DNA of 63,603 bases, filler included, from Reticulomyxa filosa (Eukaryota; Protista; Foraminifera): NCBI GenBank assembly GCA_000512085.1. It is 18 parts of 18 records of this genome, joined end to end, with 100 filler letters (N's around TTAATTAATTAA, not from the genome) between each part and the next. Parts side by side here need not be neighbours in the genome. Positions count along the whole stretch, not along the records: positions 25,102 to 30,549 come from ASPP01000998.1; positions 30,650 to 36,835 come from ASPP01000281.1; positions 36,936 to 39,420 come from ASPP01032996.1; 15 more parts are not named here. One strand, written 5' to 3'. Shown one piece after another: positions 25,102 to 37,654 of the stretch. Below the pieces are notes generated by a model. It was not told the DNA's origin and did no database searches. It saw only the letters and a list, made by a program, of their open reading frames with translations. The position numbers and the translations under genes were made by a program. How positions within the stretch are numbered: the stretch's first letter is position 1; every line of letters starts with the position of its first letter.

Positions 25102-26991
25102 CTTCGAGGCTCGTTGGAAAAAGAGACATTCAATATCCTTTGATTCCCATCATCGAAATTAAGTTTGGAGTGTTTGGAGCCGTAAAAGATGTAAATGGAA
25201 AGACCGACAAAGAACCAAGCCACAACACGGGCGAAAGAATCCCATTTGAGAGAGGCAATCATATAGGAATTGGAGAAGATGCCTAGAGCGGGGACGACAG
25301 GACACCAAGGACACAAAAAGACATTGTCACCGAGATAAGGAGTGGTACAAGTGTAATCGATGTAGAGGAAATAGAAGAAGAAGGCGATGACAAATACGGA
25401 TAAGGCAATGATGAGATAGAGATCGGGGAACTCGAAATTGAGTTCATCCAGAGCAAAGCCGAGACCAATGCAGCAGATCGCGTAGAACACGACGGCCCAG
25501 ACGAGAAAGGGATTTGTGGTGACCACACTCTGTGTGAGATGTGTGACTTTGAGAGGATAGCGCAGAATGATGACCCCACTGCAGATTAGGATGTACGCCA
25601 TGAGCGTGCCCACGGATATCATTTCCGCGAGCAGACTGAAGTTGATAAAGGTACCGATCAAGGCAGCGATGACGCCGGACAGCAGAGACCCGTACACCAG
25701 AGTGCGGAGATGCTTGTGCACGCGTCCGAACACCGAGAAGAACAGGCCATCTTTAGACATTCGATAGAAGATTCTCGGCTGTCCGAGTAACGACGTTAGC
25801 GTGGTCGCGCACGTGGTCGTCAAGGCCCCGAACGAGACGATCGCGGCAATTACGCTTTGGTTATGCGACTTGAACGCGTCTGCCAGTGGCGAGCTCTGAT
25901 CTAGTGCCGTGAAGGGCACCATTCCCAGCAACACCAGTGACACCCCAACGTACAGACATGTTGCTATTGTCAGCGTGCCCAATATGCCCAGCGCCATGTT
26001 GCGACGCACGTTCTTGGTCTCCTCGGCCAGGCAGCTGACTGCGTCGAACCCCACGTAACTGAAGAATACGATTCCTGCGCCTCGAACCACGCCACGAAAG
26101 CCCTGCGGGAAAAACGCGTTGTGTTGATCGCTGCTGCAGCTCGATCCGTACTTTGTGTTGGAGCACGGGTGGAACCAATTCTCCGTGTCCACATAAAATG
26201 CACCAGCTATTGTGTAAAATGCTATCAGCAGTATGTTCCACAGCGTCACAAAATTCGTGAACGTCGCTGATTCGCGGATCCCTTTGATCAGCAACACCGT
26301 ACAACCCATTATCAACAGTCCTGCCATTATATTGATCGTAAAGTACTCATTTAGGTTGTGTCCAAACAATATCGACGGCAAATACTTGTCTGGCACTCCG
26401 CAACTCGATAAAAATATCTGCAAGTAACTGGACCAGCCTTTTTGTTCGCAAGTCACATACACACATAAAAGCACATGGATTGTTTTTCAGACTACTTGAA
26501 GGAATATTCTGAGGAAAATGCTTAAAAAAAAGAGTTGCCAACACATTACCTTGGGCCACTGCTGCCGCACTGATCCCATACTCCAATGTCAGGTCCCAAC
26601 CAATCAAAAAGCCAACAATCTCGCCCAACGCACAATAAGTGTATGTATACGCGCTCCCTGAGACTGGCACGCGCGTGGCAAATTCGCAATAGCACAGTCC
26701 ACAAAACAAACAACTCACACCTCCTATGACAAACGACAAAAATAGTCCTGCTCCTGCATACTGTCCCGCCACTCCGGCAATCACAAATATCCCTGACCCC
26801 ACACATGATGCTATTCCAAATGCCATCAAATCCAGCGCTCCAAGCACTCGGTCCAGGTTTTTTGAATCGTCTACTTCCTCCACAATACTGCTCGGCCGTC
26901 GTGTTATTTCTACTGTCCGTCCTATTGGTTTTCGACGAAACATTTTCTGAAACAAGGTCAGGCCTTTGCCACCAACAAGGCTTTTCTTCAT
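25102..26991 (-). CDS. Cationic amino-acid transporter (APC superfamily, CAT/SLC7A1-4-like), 3'-partial
   Basis: GSGIFVIAG, CYCEFATRVPVSGSAYTY, FLIGWDLTLEY, FFSYVGFDAV..LAEE, GQPRIFYRMSKDGL, C-terminal FLCPWCPVVP. One intron at ~26438-26549. Confidence 0.95.
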
Positions 26992-27390
26992 TGTCTTTGT
27001 TTTGTCGCTTCTAAGAGGTATTGTTTTGCTTAGAGAAAAAACTCTTGTTTCGTGAAGTTTTTTTTTTACGGTGAACTCCTTAGTTTGTGTCAATATTTTG
27101 CTGAGAAATAAGTTGTGGAAATATTTTTAATTACAAAACTGAAATTCTGCTGATCGTGAATATGTCCATTTCTAATAAATTTTTTTATGTGGACAATCGT
27201 GCAGTACTGTCTTTAAATAGATGATCATTCTCAAGAAAGTTACTCTGGCATTTTTGTGTAGAAGACTAGAAAAAGAGTGGTTCTCGTCATTCAACGAAAT
27301 ACATGATCAAAGAACAAGAAAAAAAAAGATGTGATTGTCGTTTTTGTGAAACAGGCGAACAAAACCAGGAAGAAAAAAAGACCGAGTTGA

Positions 27391-28889
27391 TTACTTTTCC
27401 GTTTCCAACTCTTGAACCATTTGAATATACTGTTCAGTAAGTTCACTAATCCCTTGAAAAGATTTCATAGACCCCATGGCGGACAGTCTTCGGGTTTTTT
27501 TATTGGGAAGGGATTGAACTCCAACTGGAATTTGGCCTTTGACGAATTCGACGAGCTGACCAGATCGATCAATGGAACGTCGACAAGCATCGAGAACTTT
27601 CTCAGTCAGCAACGTGACATGCGGCCAAATGGTCTCATTTTTCCCCGTTTGATGGATCCTCGACATCCGATGGACCATTTCGACATCTTGTCTACAATTA
27701 TTAAATCTTGCCGTTATTATATGTTCCGTGCAGTCAAATGAGTCCAATGTCGAGTATTGCATCGTATAAAAGCACTGTTTTTCGTTGGGAAGACTCCACT
27801 GGCGAATTTCGATCGTGCCTTTTTCGCCAACAATTTCTGCCTAATGGTGAGTGTGACAGAGGCGACACAATCCACACCACATAGTATATGCGTAGGTGTG
27901 TATATGCATGCGAATACATCCAAATATACAAAACGTTTTGTCGCAAAGGGTTGTGATAAGAACAATCAAAGGAAGCAACTCGGTCCTGATCAAAAAAGAT
28001 CCAACACGATACATCTTGAATCGCTCCTTCTTTACTGCGTTTGTGGCAAATGGCTTTCACGTACAATGGCTGTTCATAGTCAAATGCCCACAAACTCAAT
28101 CGAATATTATGACTTCCCAAATCACCCAACACTCCTAATGGCTCTGTGTCGGGGTTATTGCGAATATTGCTCTCTTCCAAACTTCAAAGTCAACACACAT
28201 CGGACAAACAAGCAAATCAACCAATCGATCCAAAAAGAGCAAAAGTACACACAAATGAAACAGACGACAAATGATTACCATGGAACGCTCAGGCTGCTAT
28301 TAACTCGCAACACTTGTCCGAGTATTTTTTTTGATGAATTTTTTCATTCAAATCTTTGAATCTTGGATGATGCATAAATTGAATTCCATCCATAAATTGC
28401 ACTTTTTTTGCGACACACGATGGAATTATTACTTCCACTGCCTTTGGACTTCCCATTGGCCGTTCACATAATACGTGCTTTCGCTTTTGTTTATTAAAAA
28501 AAAAAAGGGGATGTAAAATATGTTCATATGTTGTACGTAGAGATGTGCAATAAAACTTGTTCAATGGCTTTAATAACCCACGGCAAACGCAATGCCGTCG
28601 GTATTGGAATGTATACTATATCTACATCTTTGTTATTGATCAAATCTTTATAAGAACAGGGCAAGGCACCTTCCGGACAGTTTCTGTCAATAAACCTTTT
28701 CGCTTTGGCTATATCGCGACTAGCAACTGCAACTATCTTTGAATTTGGGTCCAAGTTAATTGCTCTCGCTATTTTGCTCGACACTGCCGCACAGCCCAAT
28801 ATACCATAACGGGCTTTGGGCAGATTCGTGTCAGCATCGCGGGGATTGTCGATCACACTTGTTTTGGACTCTTCTCCTTGCGAAGACAT
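27391..28889 (-). CDS. Gfo/Idh/MocA-family oxidoreductase, multi-exon
   Basis: YGILGCA, VAVASR, DVDIVYIPIPT, KHVLCERP, FMDGIQFMHHPR, NIR..PDTEPLGVLGDLG. Confidence 0.92.
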
Positions 28890-29479
28890 ACAGTTTTTTT
28901 TTAACACGTCGAAAAATCTGGGGTCTTACCCGAAACTGTTGTACACACGTACGTTAGCTCAACTCTTCCGTAACAAGAAATCTGAATCAAAAGCAATTGT
29001 ATTATTTTAATTGTATATACATCATATCAAAGACAAACAAATGGAACAAATCTTTTTGCTTTTCTACCTATCAAAACGTAAACATCAAAAAAATGATCAA
29101 AACTTTTTAATTCATAAACTGCTTCTATTTATCTCCTAAAATACTGAAAATAAAAAAGCACTGAATTTTTAAGCGATATTCCACAGATTCGAATTGTACA
29201 GTACACATACTTCCATCTGGTGAAATGTATACACGTTGCATTAACCAGAGTGTTCAACATGAAAAAAATTTACTTCTTTAAAAAAAACGACTGAAGAGGA
29301 CTTTGTAGGGTAAGTCCATATTATGAATGCCAAAGTTCTAAGGGAACACTGGAGCCACCAGTGGGCTAAACTTTCTTTACAAATAAAACTCTTGTATGTT
29401 GCTATTTTCTTTATTTCATTGTAATTATTCTTATTTATTTAATTTCTTTTTACTGAGATTTACTTTCGGAACTACATTT

Positions 29480-29931
29480 TTCGTATTACACTTAGTTGCC
29501 ATGCGATCGGAAATTATAAGTTGCATTTATTGACAAGTCATGCACCTCCAATTCCAGGATTTGGGAACGTACTTCTATCACCAAATATTACAATGCAATC
29601 AAAGTCCAATAATAACAAAATTTCATCTGATGTTGGCTCATCGAAGATCGCAAATAATGATTTATTTTATTGTGGCATTATTGCAATTGCAACATTTGGT
29701 ATTGGATGTGAATCTGGTTCAATGATCGGTACTCCAGCATAAGCTTTATTGACCCACCTTATGAGTGTCTGCTGCACCATTCCAAAATGCAGATGCGTAC
29801 TCAAGACTAGGACGAATGATGATCTTGTATATGTGGATAAACTTGTCTGTCAAATATACAAGTTTCCTCGCAAAGAAACAATCCAAGATACAGTATATTG
29901 CAAAATAAAGTTGAAACATAAAACGGCACAT
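29480..29931 (-). mobile_element. Decayed non-LTR retrotransposon (RT C-terminal region plus start of RNase H)
   Basis: IYKIIIRPSLEYASAFW (typical post-RT LINE motif), followed by VIFGDRSTFPNPGIGGA* (cf. RNase HI IxTDGSxxxNPGxGG). Internal stops and deletions. Confidence 0.75.
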
Positions 29932-30179
29932 TATAGAGATGACCTAATTTTTTTAAAAAATATCTATAAATAGTGTATTTTTTAAATATCGTTTTGGTTT
30001 TTTATTGCATCTTTACTAATTATTTCAATATTTTATCCTTATTTTTTTTAGCTAAATGTAGTTCAATATTTGAGTTTTTAATTTTTTTTTTTGAAAATTG
30101 CTAAAGGATTGAGAACTTTAACAAAGACGTGCTGTTGAGCTATTGCATTAGGGCTGGAGTTTGCGCAAAGTTGAAAAAC

Positions 30180-30549
30180 AATTTTGTGTAAGTCATGAAT
30201 GTGTGCGTAAATGGAAGCTGACGTTCATCATAAAAACATCAAAAATTGGTAGAAGCATAATCGTTGATCTTACTTTGGAGTTTTAGGACCTGATCATGCA
30301 TTTGACATTAATTGATGTGTCAATACAGATATTTACAAAGAAATTTTATGTGATGAAATGCTCAGAAAGCATTAATTATGGTTTAGAAGATAATGGAAAT
30401 TAGATATTTCAGCGAGATAATGCCTAGCCACACAGCAATTAAAGAAAAAGAATGTTTGAACAAAATGCTATCAAAGTATTGAATTTCACACCAAATTCTC
30501 CAGACATGAACCAAATCGAAAAGTTGGAACCGAAAGGGTTTGAATTCCG
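30180..30549 (+). mobile_element. Degenerate Tc1-family DDE transposase
   Basis: IYKEILCDEML, IFQRDNA*PH (30404-30433) and KVLNFTPNSPDMNQIEKL match the FQQDNAxxH and WPxxSPDLNPIE motifs. Stops and frameshifts present. Confidence 0.85.
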
Positions 30550-31000
30550 NNNNNNNNNNNNNNNNNNNNNNNNNNNNNNNNNNNNNNNNNNNNTTAATTA
30601 ATTAANNNNNNNNNNNNNNNNNNNNNNNNNNNNNNNNNNNNNNNNNNNNCGGAGACAAAATTCTCTTATGTCCGAAATAATGGGCAATGGCAAAGATTTT
30701 AGTTCTTATGATTTTTTGAATGAGAACATGGATGAAACGATGATCAAAAAACAATTTGACAATGTCGGCAAATTTTAATAATATTTGCAAATAGATAGGA
30801 ACAGTTTAATTGTACTAATACATGTTCGGTTATATGCATTCCTGCAAAATTTTCAAAATCATGTGAAAAACAATTTCCTTAACCAACATAAAGAAAAATA
30901 TTTTAAAACCAATTTCATATTTAAAAACTACAACATTTGTCAATATTTTTAAAAATTATATTTAAACGTTTGTTTTTATGGAGAAAATTGATTATCTTAT

Positions 31001-31225
31001 GGGGAGTCTACAGTGAAGAGCTTCACTAAATGTAATACGAAAGAGTGTTACCCTCAATGAGAGCGACTTTCAGTAAACAAAGTAAATTAAAGAATAAATC
31101 AGAAGACAAAAGAAGTAAGAGAAAAACAAGTAAGAGGTAGTTTGTTGAGGAGGTTTAACCCAAAGGGAGCTCCTCAGTTCCATAGGCGTTCAGCCATGTG
31201 TGATAAGGGCTTGCCCTACAAATCT
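31001..31225 (+). ncRNA. Candidate structured RNA (two multibranch domains); family not recognised
   Basis: Stems GGGAGUC/GACUUUC, AGUGAAG/CUUCACU, GUAAUAC/GUGUUAC, UGAGGAG/CUCCUCA, CAU-GGC/GCC-AUG and a G(CUUG)C loop. G-U wobbles favour the + strand. Confidence 0.4.
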
Positions 31226-31380
31226 AAGCAATGTTGAGTCCTCTTTGTGATTATTATTATTTTAAAAAACTGGCTACAAGCACATTCCAGGGAATCAATT
31301 GTGTAGACAATCCAAGGCACAAAAATAAAAGACTAACAATTTGTGTGCACAAATGTAAAAAAAAGTGATACTATAAACAA

Positions 31381-32900
31381 GTGAGTTCATATATCGGAAA
31401 CGTGAAGCCAAAGTCGGCAGTGAGCGAAGATGAAATAGTGATGAGCAGAATGAAGGAAAACTCAAATCGAATATCTGGACATAATCTCGTGGCGAGCAAA
31501 TTGATGTCGAATCCTTCGCAAGTGTCTTCTTGGCCACAATCGTCGGGGTCCCAATCTTATTTTAATAATAATAACAATAATAATAATGGATACTCACCAC
31601 AAAGTATCGGTCAATCGGGATATCAATCTTCCAACAATATCAATGACAGTCGCTACGAATCAGTGAATCAACTCCCTTCCAGCAACCACAACAGCAACAA
31701 AATTCATAATACTTACAATCCAAGCAATAATAATAATTACAAATACAATAGCAGCAACCATATGGCTTGCATAGCTATGACAGCATCAGCAATAATAATA
31801 ATAATACAAACATATACTTATATATGTATATACTTATCAAATACTTGTGGAATGTACATAACTTGTCGAAATGTGAATTTGCAATATGCACTTTCATGAA
31901 TTCCATGCAAGTCTAAATCTGCGATGTGTGCAGCAAGCCAAGGCCTGATTCAGTGTCTGTTCATGTTCCAGTTTCTCAACAATCATTTTTTAATCTGACA
32001 CACAAAAAAAAATTTGCTTTTTTTTTGATTGAAAAGTGAAACTAAATATTCCAAACATCAAAGTTTTTTTTAAAAAAACTTTGATGTTTGAATGAATATC
32101 TTAATACAAAAAAAAATGTAAGAAAGTGGCAGAGACTAGAAACAATTCGAACAGAAACATTGTGAATGTGGAAAGCGAGTTGCAGCTGTCGTACACGAAG
32201 TCGATGCTGAACGTGTTGAACTGTCACGAGTGAACATTTCAAAACGGCGCAGAGGACCAGTAGGTCACTCGCACAAGCATGAAGGCTTCAGCAAGAAGCA
32301 ACACAATATTGATAGCCACAAGCCATTCTAAGATTTGCATCAATCATTCGAGCTCAAGCACATTCACAATAACTCTGGTGAATGAGTAGTAGTTAAATAA
32401 TAATAATAATACGTCAGTTAAGTATCACTATATACTATTGTGTCCATTTACCTATTTTTTTAAAAATAAAGTTTGATAGAAAAGTGGTCTTTTATTTGTT
32501 GAAAAAAGACAATACTATCGACTTCGAAACGACGACATAGACATATTGAAGCTTGCATTGGCGCATGCTCGAGTTCGAACGCAAAGAGAAGAAGATATTT
32601 TGCACGATCAGTAAGATCGGAAACTTGCTATTGAGCTTGAAAGACTAGAATGCGATCGATTATAAAGAGAACGAGTAGAAAGTGAAAGATTATATAAAGA
32701 TAAAGTGAAATATTGTAAAATGAGATAAAATGAAAATATAGTGGAAAATTTGAAATGAACCACATATGAATGAATATGACAAGTTGTAAGTCATATTGCT
32801 AATAGTAATAGCACCAGTGCAAACAATGTGAATTTGGATCAATTGGAGGACAAAAATCGTCGTTCAATGTCGTCGTAAGTAGAATTTGCACTTTGATAAA
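31381..32900 (+). pseudogene. Decayed N/S-rich gene with a RanBP2-type zinc-finger relic
   Basis: ~31880-31950 reads AICTFMNSMQV*ICDVCSKPRP (CxxN...CxxC..PRP) with an in-frame stop. Downstream coding-like segments are interrupted by stops. Confidence 0.45.
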
Positions 32901-33768
32901 TGACTTAGCAATGTACAAAAAAAAATTATGAGAAACAGACAAACCTAGATTAATTGACCAAGTTAAGTTTTTTTTCTTTTTTTAAAAAAAATCAGAACTT
33001 TTTTTTTTGGAAAGGAGAAAGTAAAAACATTGTAAATTGTAAATTTTGTTTGTATCACAAAAACGAATAGCTCTTTGTCACTAGGCAAAGTGAACAAACC
33101 TAGCACAGTCAACAGCATTAGATAACAAATTATAATAACAATGTTGCTACAACTTGTTGTACATTTATTCGACATATTAAATAAAAAATAATAATTAACA
33201 TAAAATAATAATAACAATAATATAATAACAACAGTAACAATCACAAAAATAGTAAAAGTTAGGTCATCATGATCAATCACAAAAATAGTAACAATTACAA
33301 CAACAGTATCAATCACAACAATATGAGAAATTAAGTTAATATCAATCACAAGAATATGTATAATCACAACAACATGAACAATAACAAATAATATTATATT
33401 ATATACAATAACAATATATAATTTATTATAATTAACAATATACAAATATCCGAATTTAATGAGAATTCAACAAGTTGTTGCAATCAGTCTATAATTATTT
33501 GAAATACAAAATGTGCAATCGTTACTATAATTTTGTGCTGACAATATAATAACAAAACTTTACACTAGTATAGTTCACACACTTGTACTAACAAAAACCA
33601 AGAGAAAAAAGTCATATTTCAAAGTCTTGATGAACATAAAAATAACAACTGTCAGTAGTTTGTAAATATTGTGCAATTTTTACCATTTGACAGAAGTTGC
33701 ACAATTTGTATTGCTTCTGATGAACCCATTCTTACGATAAAAGCACCAGTTGCAAATCTTGGTTTAAT

Positions 33769-33960
33769 ATGTTTACTTTTAATAATGGCACATCTTCTGC
33801 TTGTGATGTATATGTCATTTGCTCTGGATCTTCTGATAAAACCATTCGCTTTTGGGATTTGCGAACCACAAAAGAATTAACTGTTTTCAATGGACACAGC
33901 GGCGCGGTTAATGCTATTTACTTTTCGCAATTGCGAGTCAGTATTATTTCTGATTATAGC
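33769..33960 (+). pseudogene. WD40 gene fragment
   Basis: VICSGSSDKTIRFWDLRTTKELTVFNGHSGAVNAIYFS, same family as 56942-58027 but only about one repeat. Confidence 0.7.
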
Positions 33961-34374
33961 TCGAAAAATGATGAAAATGATGCCAACACTGACTCAAGAT
34001 CTCGTTTATATTGTAAGTATATCCAACAAATCACTTCATTTCATCCATTGTTTTTATGTCCACAGAAGCTGCACAGTTGTTTCTTGTTCGAAGAAAAAAT
34101 AGAAGGAAAAGCAAAGGAAAATTCTTTGTTGGACTACTGTCGGTATTAATTTTGCGATCATTGTTAGTTTGACCAATGTTCATTTGTTAATTGAAAGTTT
34201 GAATTCGTTGTTTCAATTCTTCCACTTGTCTTTGTTTTTATTGGGTCTTTTCTTTCAGAGCAATCACTTGTGCATTTTTGTCTGATATTACATTACCTTT
34301 CGTCGCAATTTGCTTATTCTTTTTTTCGATTTCTCTCCAGTTGCGAATTTCCTTCTGTCACCAATGTAAGTGTG

Positions 34375-34791
34375 ATGATAAAAATCAACATCGAAAAATG
34401 GTCAATATCAGCGACTGAAGAATTGAAAGAAAAAGAACATTTTATGGAAACACAGGTAGATCAGGTGCGATCAGTGTTTCTGGTGATGAAGGCGTTCCCG
34501 CACATGCGATGTCAATTGTTCGACAATCCCAAACTTATTTTGGCGGAGGATTTTCAACGCAAAGTCGAGCAACTTAAAGATCAAATCCCACTTCAAAGCC
34601 ATCAGCCTGTGACACTATTGGAAACAAAAGGGGATCCTTTTCAACCTACCTGCTCACCTGACGAAAAGCAAGATACTGTTGTTGCAGAAGGATGGGATCA
34701 ACGGGGGCTTCTGAGGTCTCTCAAGAAGGATGACATTGCAAACAAAACAAAATTATACGTTCACTCTCACATTCAACGTAATGTCCATTAA
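34375..34791 (+). CDS. Hypothetical protein
   Basis: Coding-like composition over about 140 codons; no motif recognised. Confidence 0.45.
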   Translation: MIKINIEKWSISATEELKEKEHFMETQVDQVRSVFLVMKAFPHMRCQLFDNPKLILAEDFQRKVEQLKDQIPLQSHQPVTLLETKGDPFQPTCSPDEKQDTVVAEGWDQRGLLRSLKKDDIANKTKLYVHSHIQRNVH

Positions 34792-35871
34792 GAAGGAAGA
34801 ATTGAATGCATTGATTTTGTAAAAAATTTCTCTTTTGTTAATTGTAACACTACTCTCGTCCTTTCTGTCGAGTATTATTTGGATGAGTGCAAACAGTTGG
34901 ACAAACGCTTGTAATTTGATGCAAATTCAAACAAGGTCATCTTAGACTAGTCACTACAATATTGAAGATTATACTTTAAAATGTATCCAAATGCATTGCT
35001 ATTCTTGTGGAAACACAACTCCTTTTGCTTTATTGCGTAAATAGCAAAGATCAGCCGCTTTTAATCGTTGTAGATTTTTGCAGAATGTTCTAAAGAATCT
35101 TGCGAAATAAAATATAATATTTTACGGAAAAGTCTTTTAGACTGTGGTCAATTTTAATGAAATTTTGCTCATGGGTCTCGGAAATGGGATGTAAGTTAAG
35201 ATTATTTTGCAAAAAGTCGTTGTTGCCATTGTATTTGCGCAAAGTAAAAAGTTCGCTTCAAGTTGTCACGCAAAAACGTTACAAGACAACTTTCAGTGAT
35301 TCGATCTGAGCAATGCTAAGAAGAAGATATGACAAAAAAGCAGAAACATTTTTATTGATTTACACAATTATTAAGAAAATTTTTGAGGAAAAGTTCATGT
35401 GTAGGTATACTATTGTGTTCACGCATTTTTAAAAAATAAGACACAACATTATGTTTAATGTTAAGTTTAATATTCCCTGATTTTATTTCTTATAGAAAAT
35501 CACTTTTGATTATTTACAGTTTTTAGATAGATCTATCCAGTCTGATTAATTTTTTTAAATTTGTTTCGAGACAATTGTTTGATGGGAGTCAAAAAGTTGT
35601 CATTATGCACTTCAACAAAAATTAATGATGAGCAGCAAATGAGAACAGCAATTTAAGGATACTTTTCACATTACAAGAATAAATAAGGGAACAAAAATAA
35701 ACAAAGTTTCACAACATCGACTTGGCATTTAAACTTGCGATAATATTTCAAGACAAAATTAAATGGTCAATAATAATAAAGAACTTCAAATGTCAGTATA
35801 TTTTTTTGAAATCTGTTAATTTCCAAAAGAAAGAAAAGTGTGAAATAAATGTTATGAAATTCTACTCACAG

Positions 35872-36835
35872 ATGGATAAAAGGATTAAGACGAACATATT
35901 TGTGCTCTGTACAAATGGATGACGAAATCCAAGTACTTAAGAATATGATTTACGACGTTGAAGGAGTGGCTCCACATTTGCAGACTATTCAGTACGGAGG
36001 CAAACATTTATCGTCCAAACACCAATTTAGAGACTATTTTGGTAACAGCTATGCCTCCCCTGGTGGACTCCAAATGGTGTTGTTATCATTGCATCTGCCG
36101 TTAAAGGGTGGAAGTAAACCAAATAAAAAGACAACAACAAAAAAAAATAAAACCACTTCCGAAGAAGAGTTACCAATGGATACATTTGATACTATGAATG
36201 CGGAAGAGTTGAAACAAACGCAATCTCTTTTGCAAACTGCTTTATCCAAAGGCCAAGAGAAAAGAGCTTTTTTTCAATTGGAACGAGTAAGTCCTACTTT
36301 CTATAACTCGCTCCATGTTTTTTTTTTTTTGCTACCTTTCTTTCACTCTCAGCTCCCTTTTTTTTAGCTGTCAATTAAATACACTCGTAAAAAACCAAAA
36401 ACCAACCAATAAAAAAAAACAGGACCAAATTCACAAAATGTACACAATTGCACATGAAAAATGCAAGGAAAGTGAAAACCAAATCAAAAATATGGAGGCA
36501 GATATGGAATATATGCGATCCAATCATCGAAACAACATTCGAGTCACGTCATTTGTTAATCCTACCAATAAATCAAGAGACATTGCCTTTTGTGTATGTA
36601 TGTGTGTTAACGACACAGATGTACGTAGAGAAAGTGAAACACTTGGAATACGATCATCAAAACACGTTGAATGCGGTTACATTGGAAATGTCAACGTTGC
36701 AAGATGAAGAATGCAAACAACAGAAACAAAAACAAGAGAAACTTGTATGGCAAAAAGTTGTTTTGCAGCAAGGTATTGAACTTATTTCTTATTTTGCTTT
36801 GCTTATGTTTATTTAGATATAATATCAATAATATT
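35872..36835 (+). CDS. GAS8: Ubiquitin-like domain fused to GAS8/DRC4 (trypanin), 3'-partial
   Basis: Ubl: WIKGLRRTYLCSVQMDDEIQVLKNMIYDVEGV...QYGGKHL...LHLPLKGG. Then RAFFQLER|DQIHKMYTI...RNNIR|MYVEKVKHLEYDHQN, matching the GAS8 motifs RNYFQLERDKI and YKQKVKHLLYEHQN. Start codon unresolved. Confidence 0.85.
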
Positions 36836-36935
36836 NNNNNNNNNNNNNNNNNNNNNNNNNNNNNNNNNNNNNNNNNNNNTTAATTAATTAANNNNNNNNN
36901 NNNNNNNNNNNNNNNNNNNNNNNNNNNNNNNNNNN

Positions 36936-37250
36936 AGTTTTGGAACTCATGCTAACTCTTGCTACATTGATTATTGTTTTTATATTTGCTGCAATATGCA
37001 CTTTTGACGATTGAATGAGCCGTAATAATCGTGATTTTAAATTTACAAATATCAAATTGTTATCATAAATTTTATCTTCAATTAATTGGATAATTCCAAC
37101 TTCTTCATTTAATAATTTATGATTGATAAGAAATTGTTGAGAATATATTTCAAATTGTTGTTGAAATTGTTGATTATTGATATTACTAACAATATTGGGT
37201 TTCCATGAAATGATATCAAATATAATTTTTTGTTCATCATAATATTCTTG
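36936..37250 (-). pseudogene. Paralogous fragment of the NACHT-type/WD40 gene
   Basis: QEYYDEQKIIFDIISWKPNI...QQFQQQFE...KLLNEEVGIIQ...NLIFVNLKSRL closely matches the 11183-14384 protein. Small in-frame deletions; begins abruptly at QEY. Confidence 0.8.
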
Positions 37251-37372
37251 CTACTATTTCTTCGTTTTTAATCTTTCTTTTTGTATTTTTATAATACAAT
37301 AAAATACAAACCAAAAAGAGTTGTGAAACCTGTCCTATTTCATTTTACGACTTTATTTCTTCTTCCGCTTCA

Positions 37373-37654
37373 TTAGTTACCTTTTGTTATTTTTATTAAA
37401 TTTTCAAATTTATTGAAAAGATAATTCAATTGAATTTGTGTTGACTTAACTGAGCTCGAACAGTTTTTTGAAGCAAGATATGATATGACAGATGATATAT
37501 TTCCATTAAATTCTTCCAATTTACTCCTCAGTTCGTTTTCATCTGTAATGTTACTATAAATGACCATCAATAAATCAATTTCTTTTGCATATCGATTATT
37601 ATCGACACTCCTATTATTTGTATCTTTGGTTTGCATACCTCCACGAGTGTTCAT
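37373..37654 (-). CDS. Small UBA-like helical domain exon
   Basis: EIDLLMVIY...ENELRSKLEEFNGNISSVISYL resembles the UBA helix 2-3 pattern (ALxxxNGNxxxAxxxL). Confidence 0.4.
   Translation of the reverse strand: MNTRGGMQTKDTNNRSVDNNRYAKEIDLLMVIYSNITDENELRSKLEEFNGNISSVISYLASKNCSSSVKSTQIQLNYLFNKFENLIKITKGN

Noticed and set aside
31010-31060. Hammerhead ribozyme (UGAAGA...GAAA)
   Set aside because: C3 is absent (G), and stems I and III cannot be formed convincingly.
33180-33440. ATCAATCACAA / AAC-rich repeats as a spacer array
   Set aside because: Irregular low-complexity N/Q-type repeats with no constant period or pairing.
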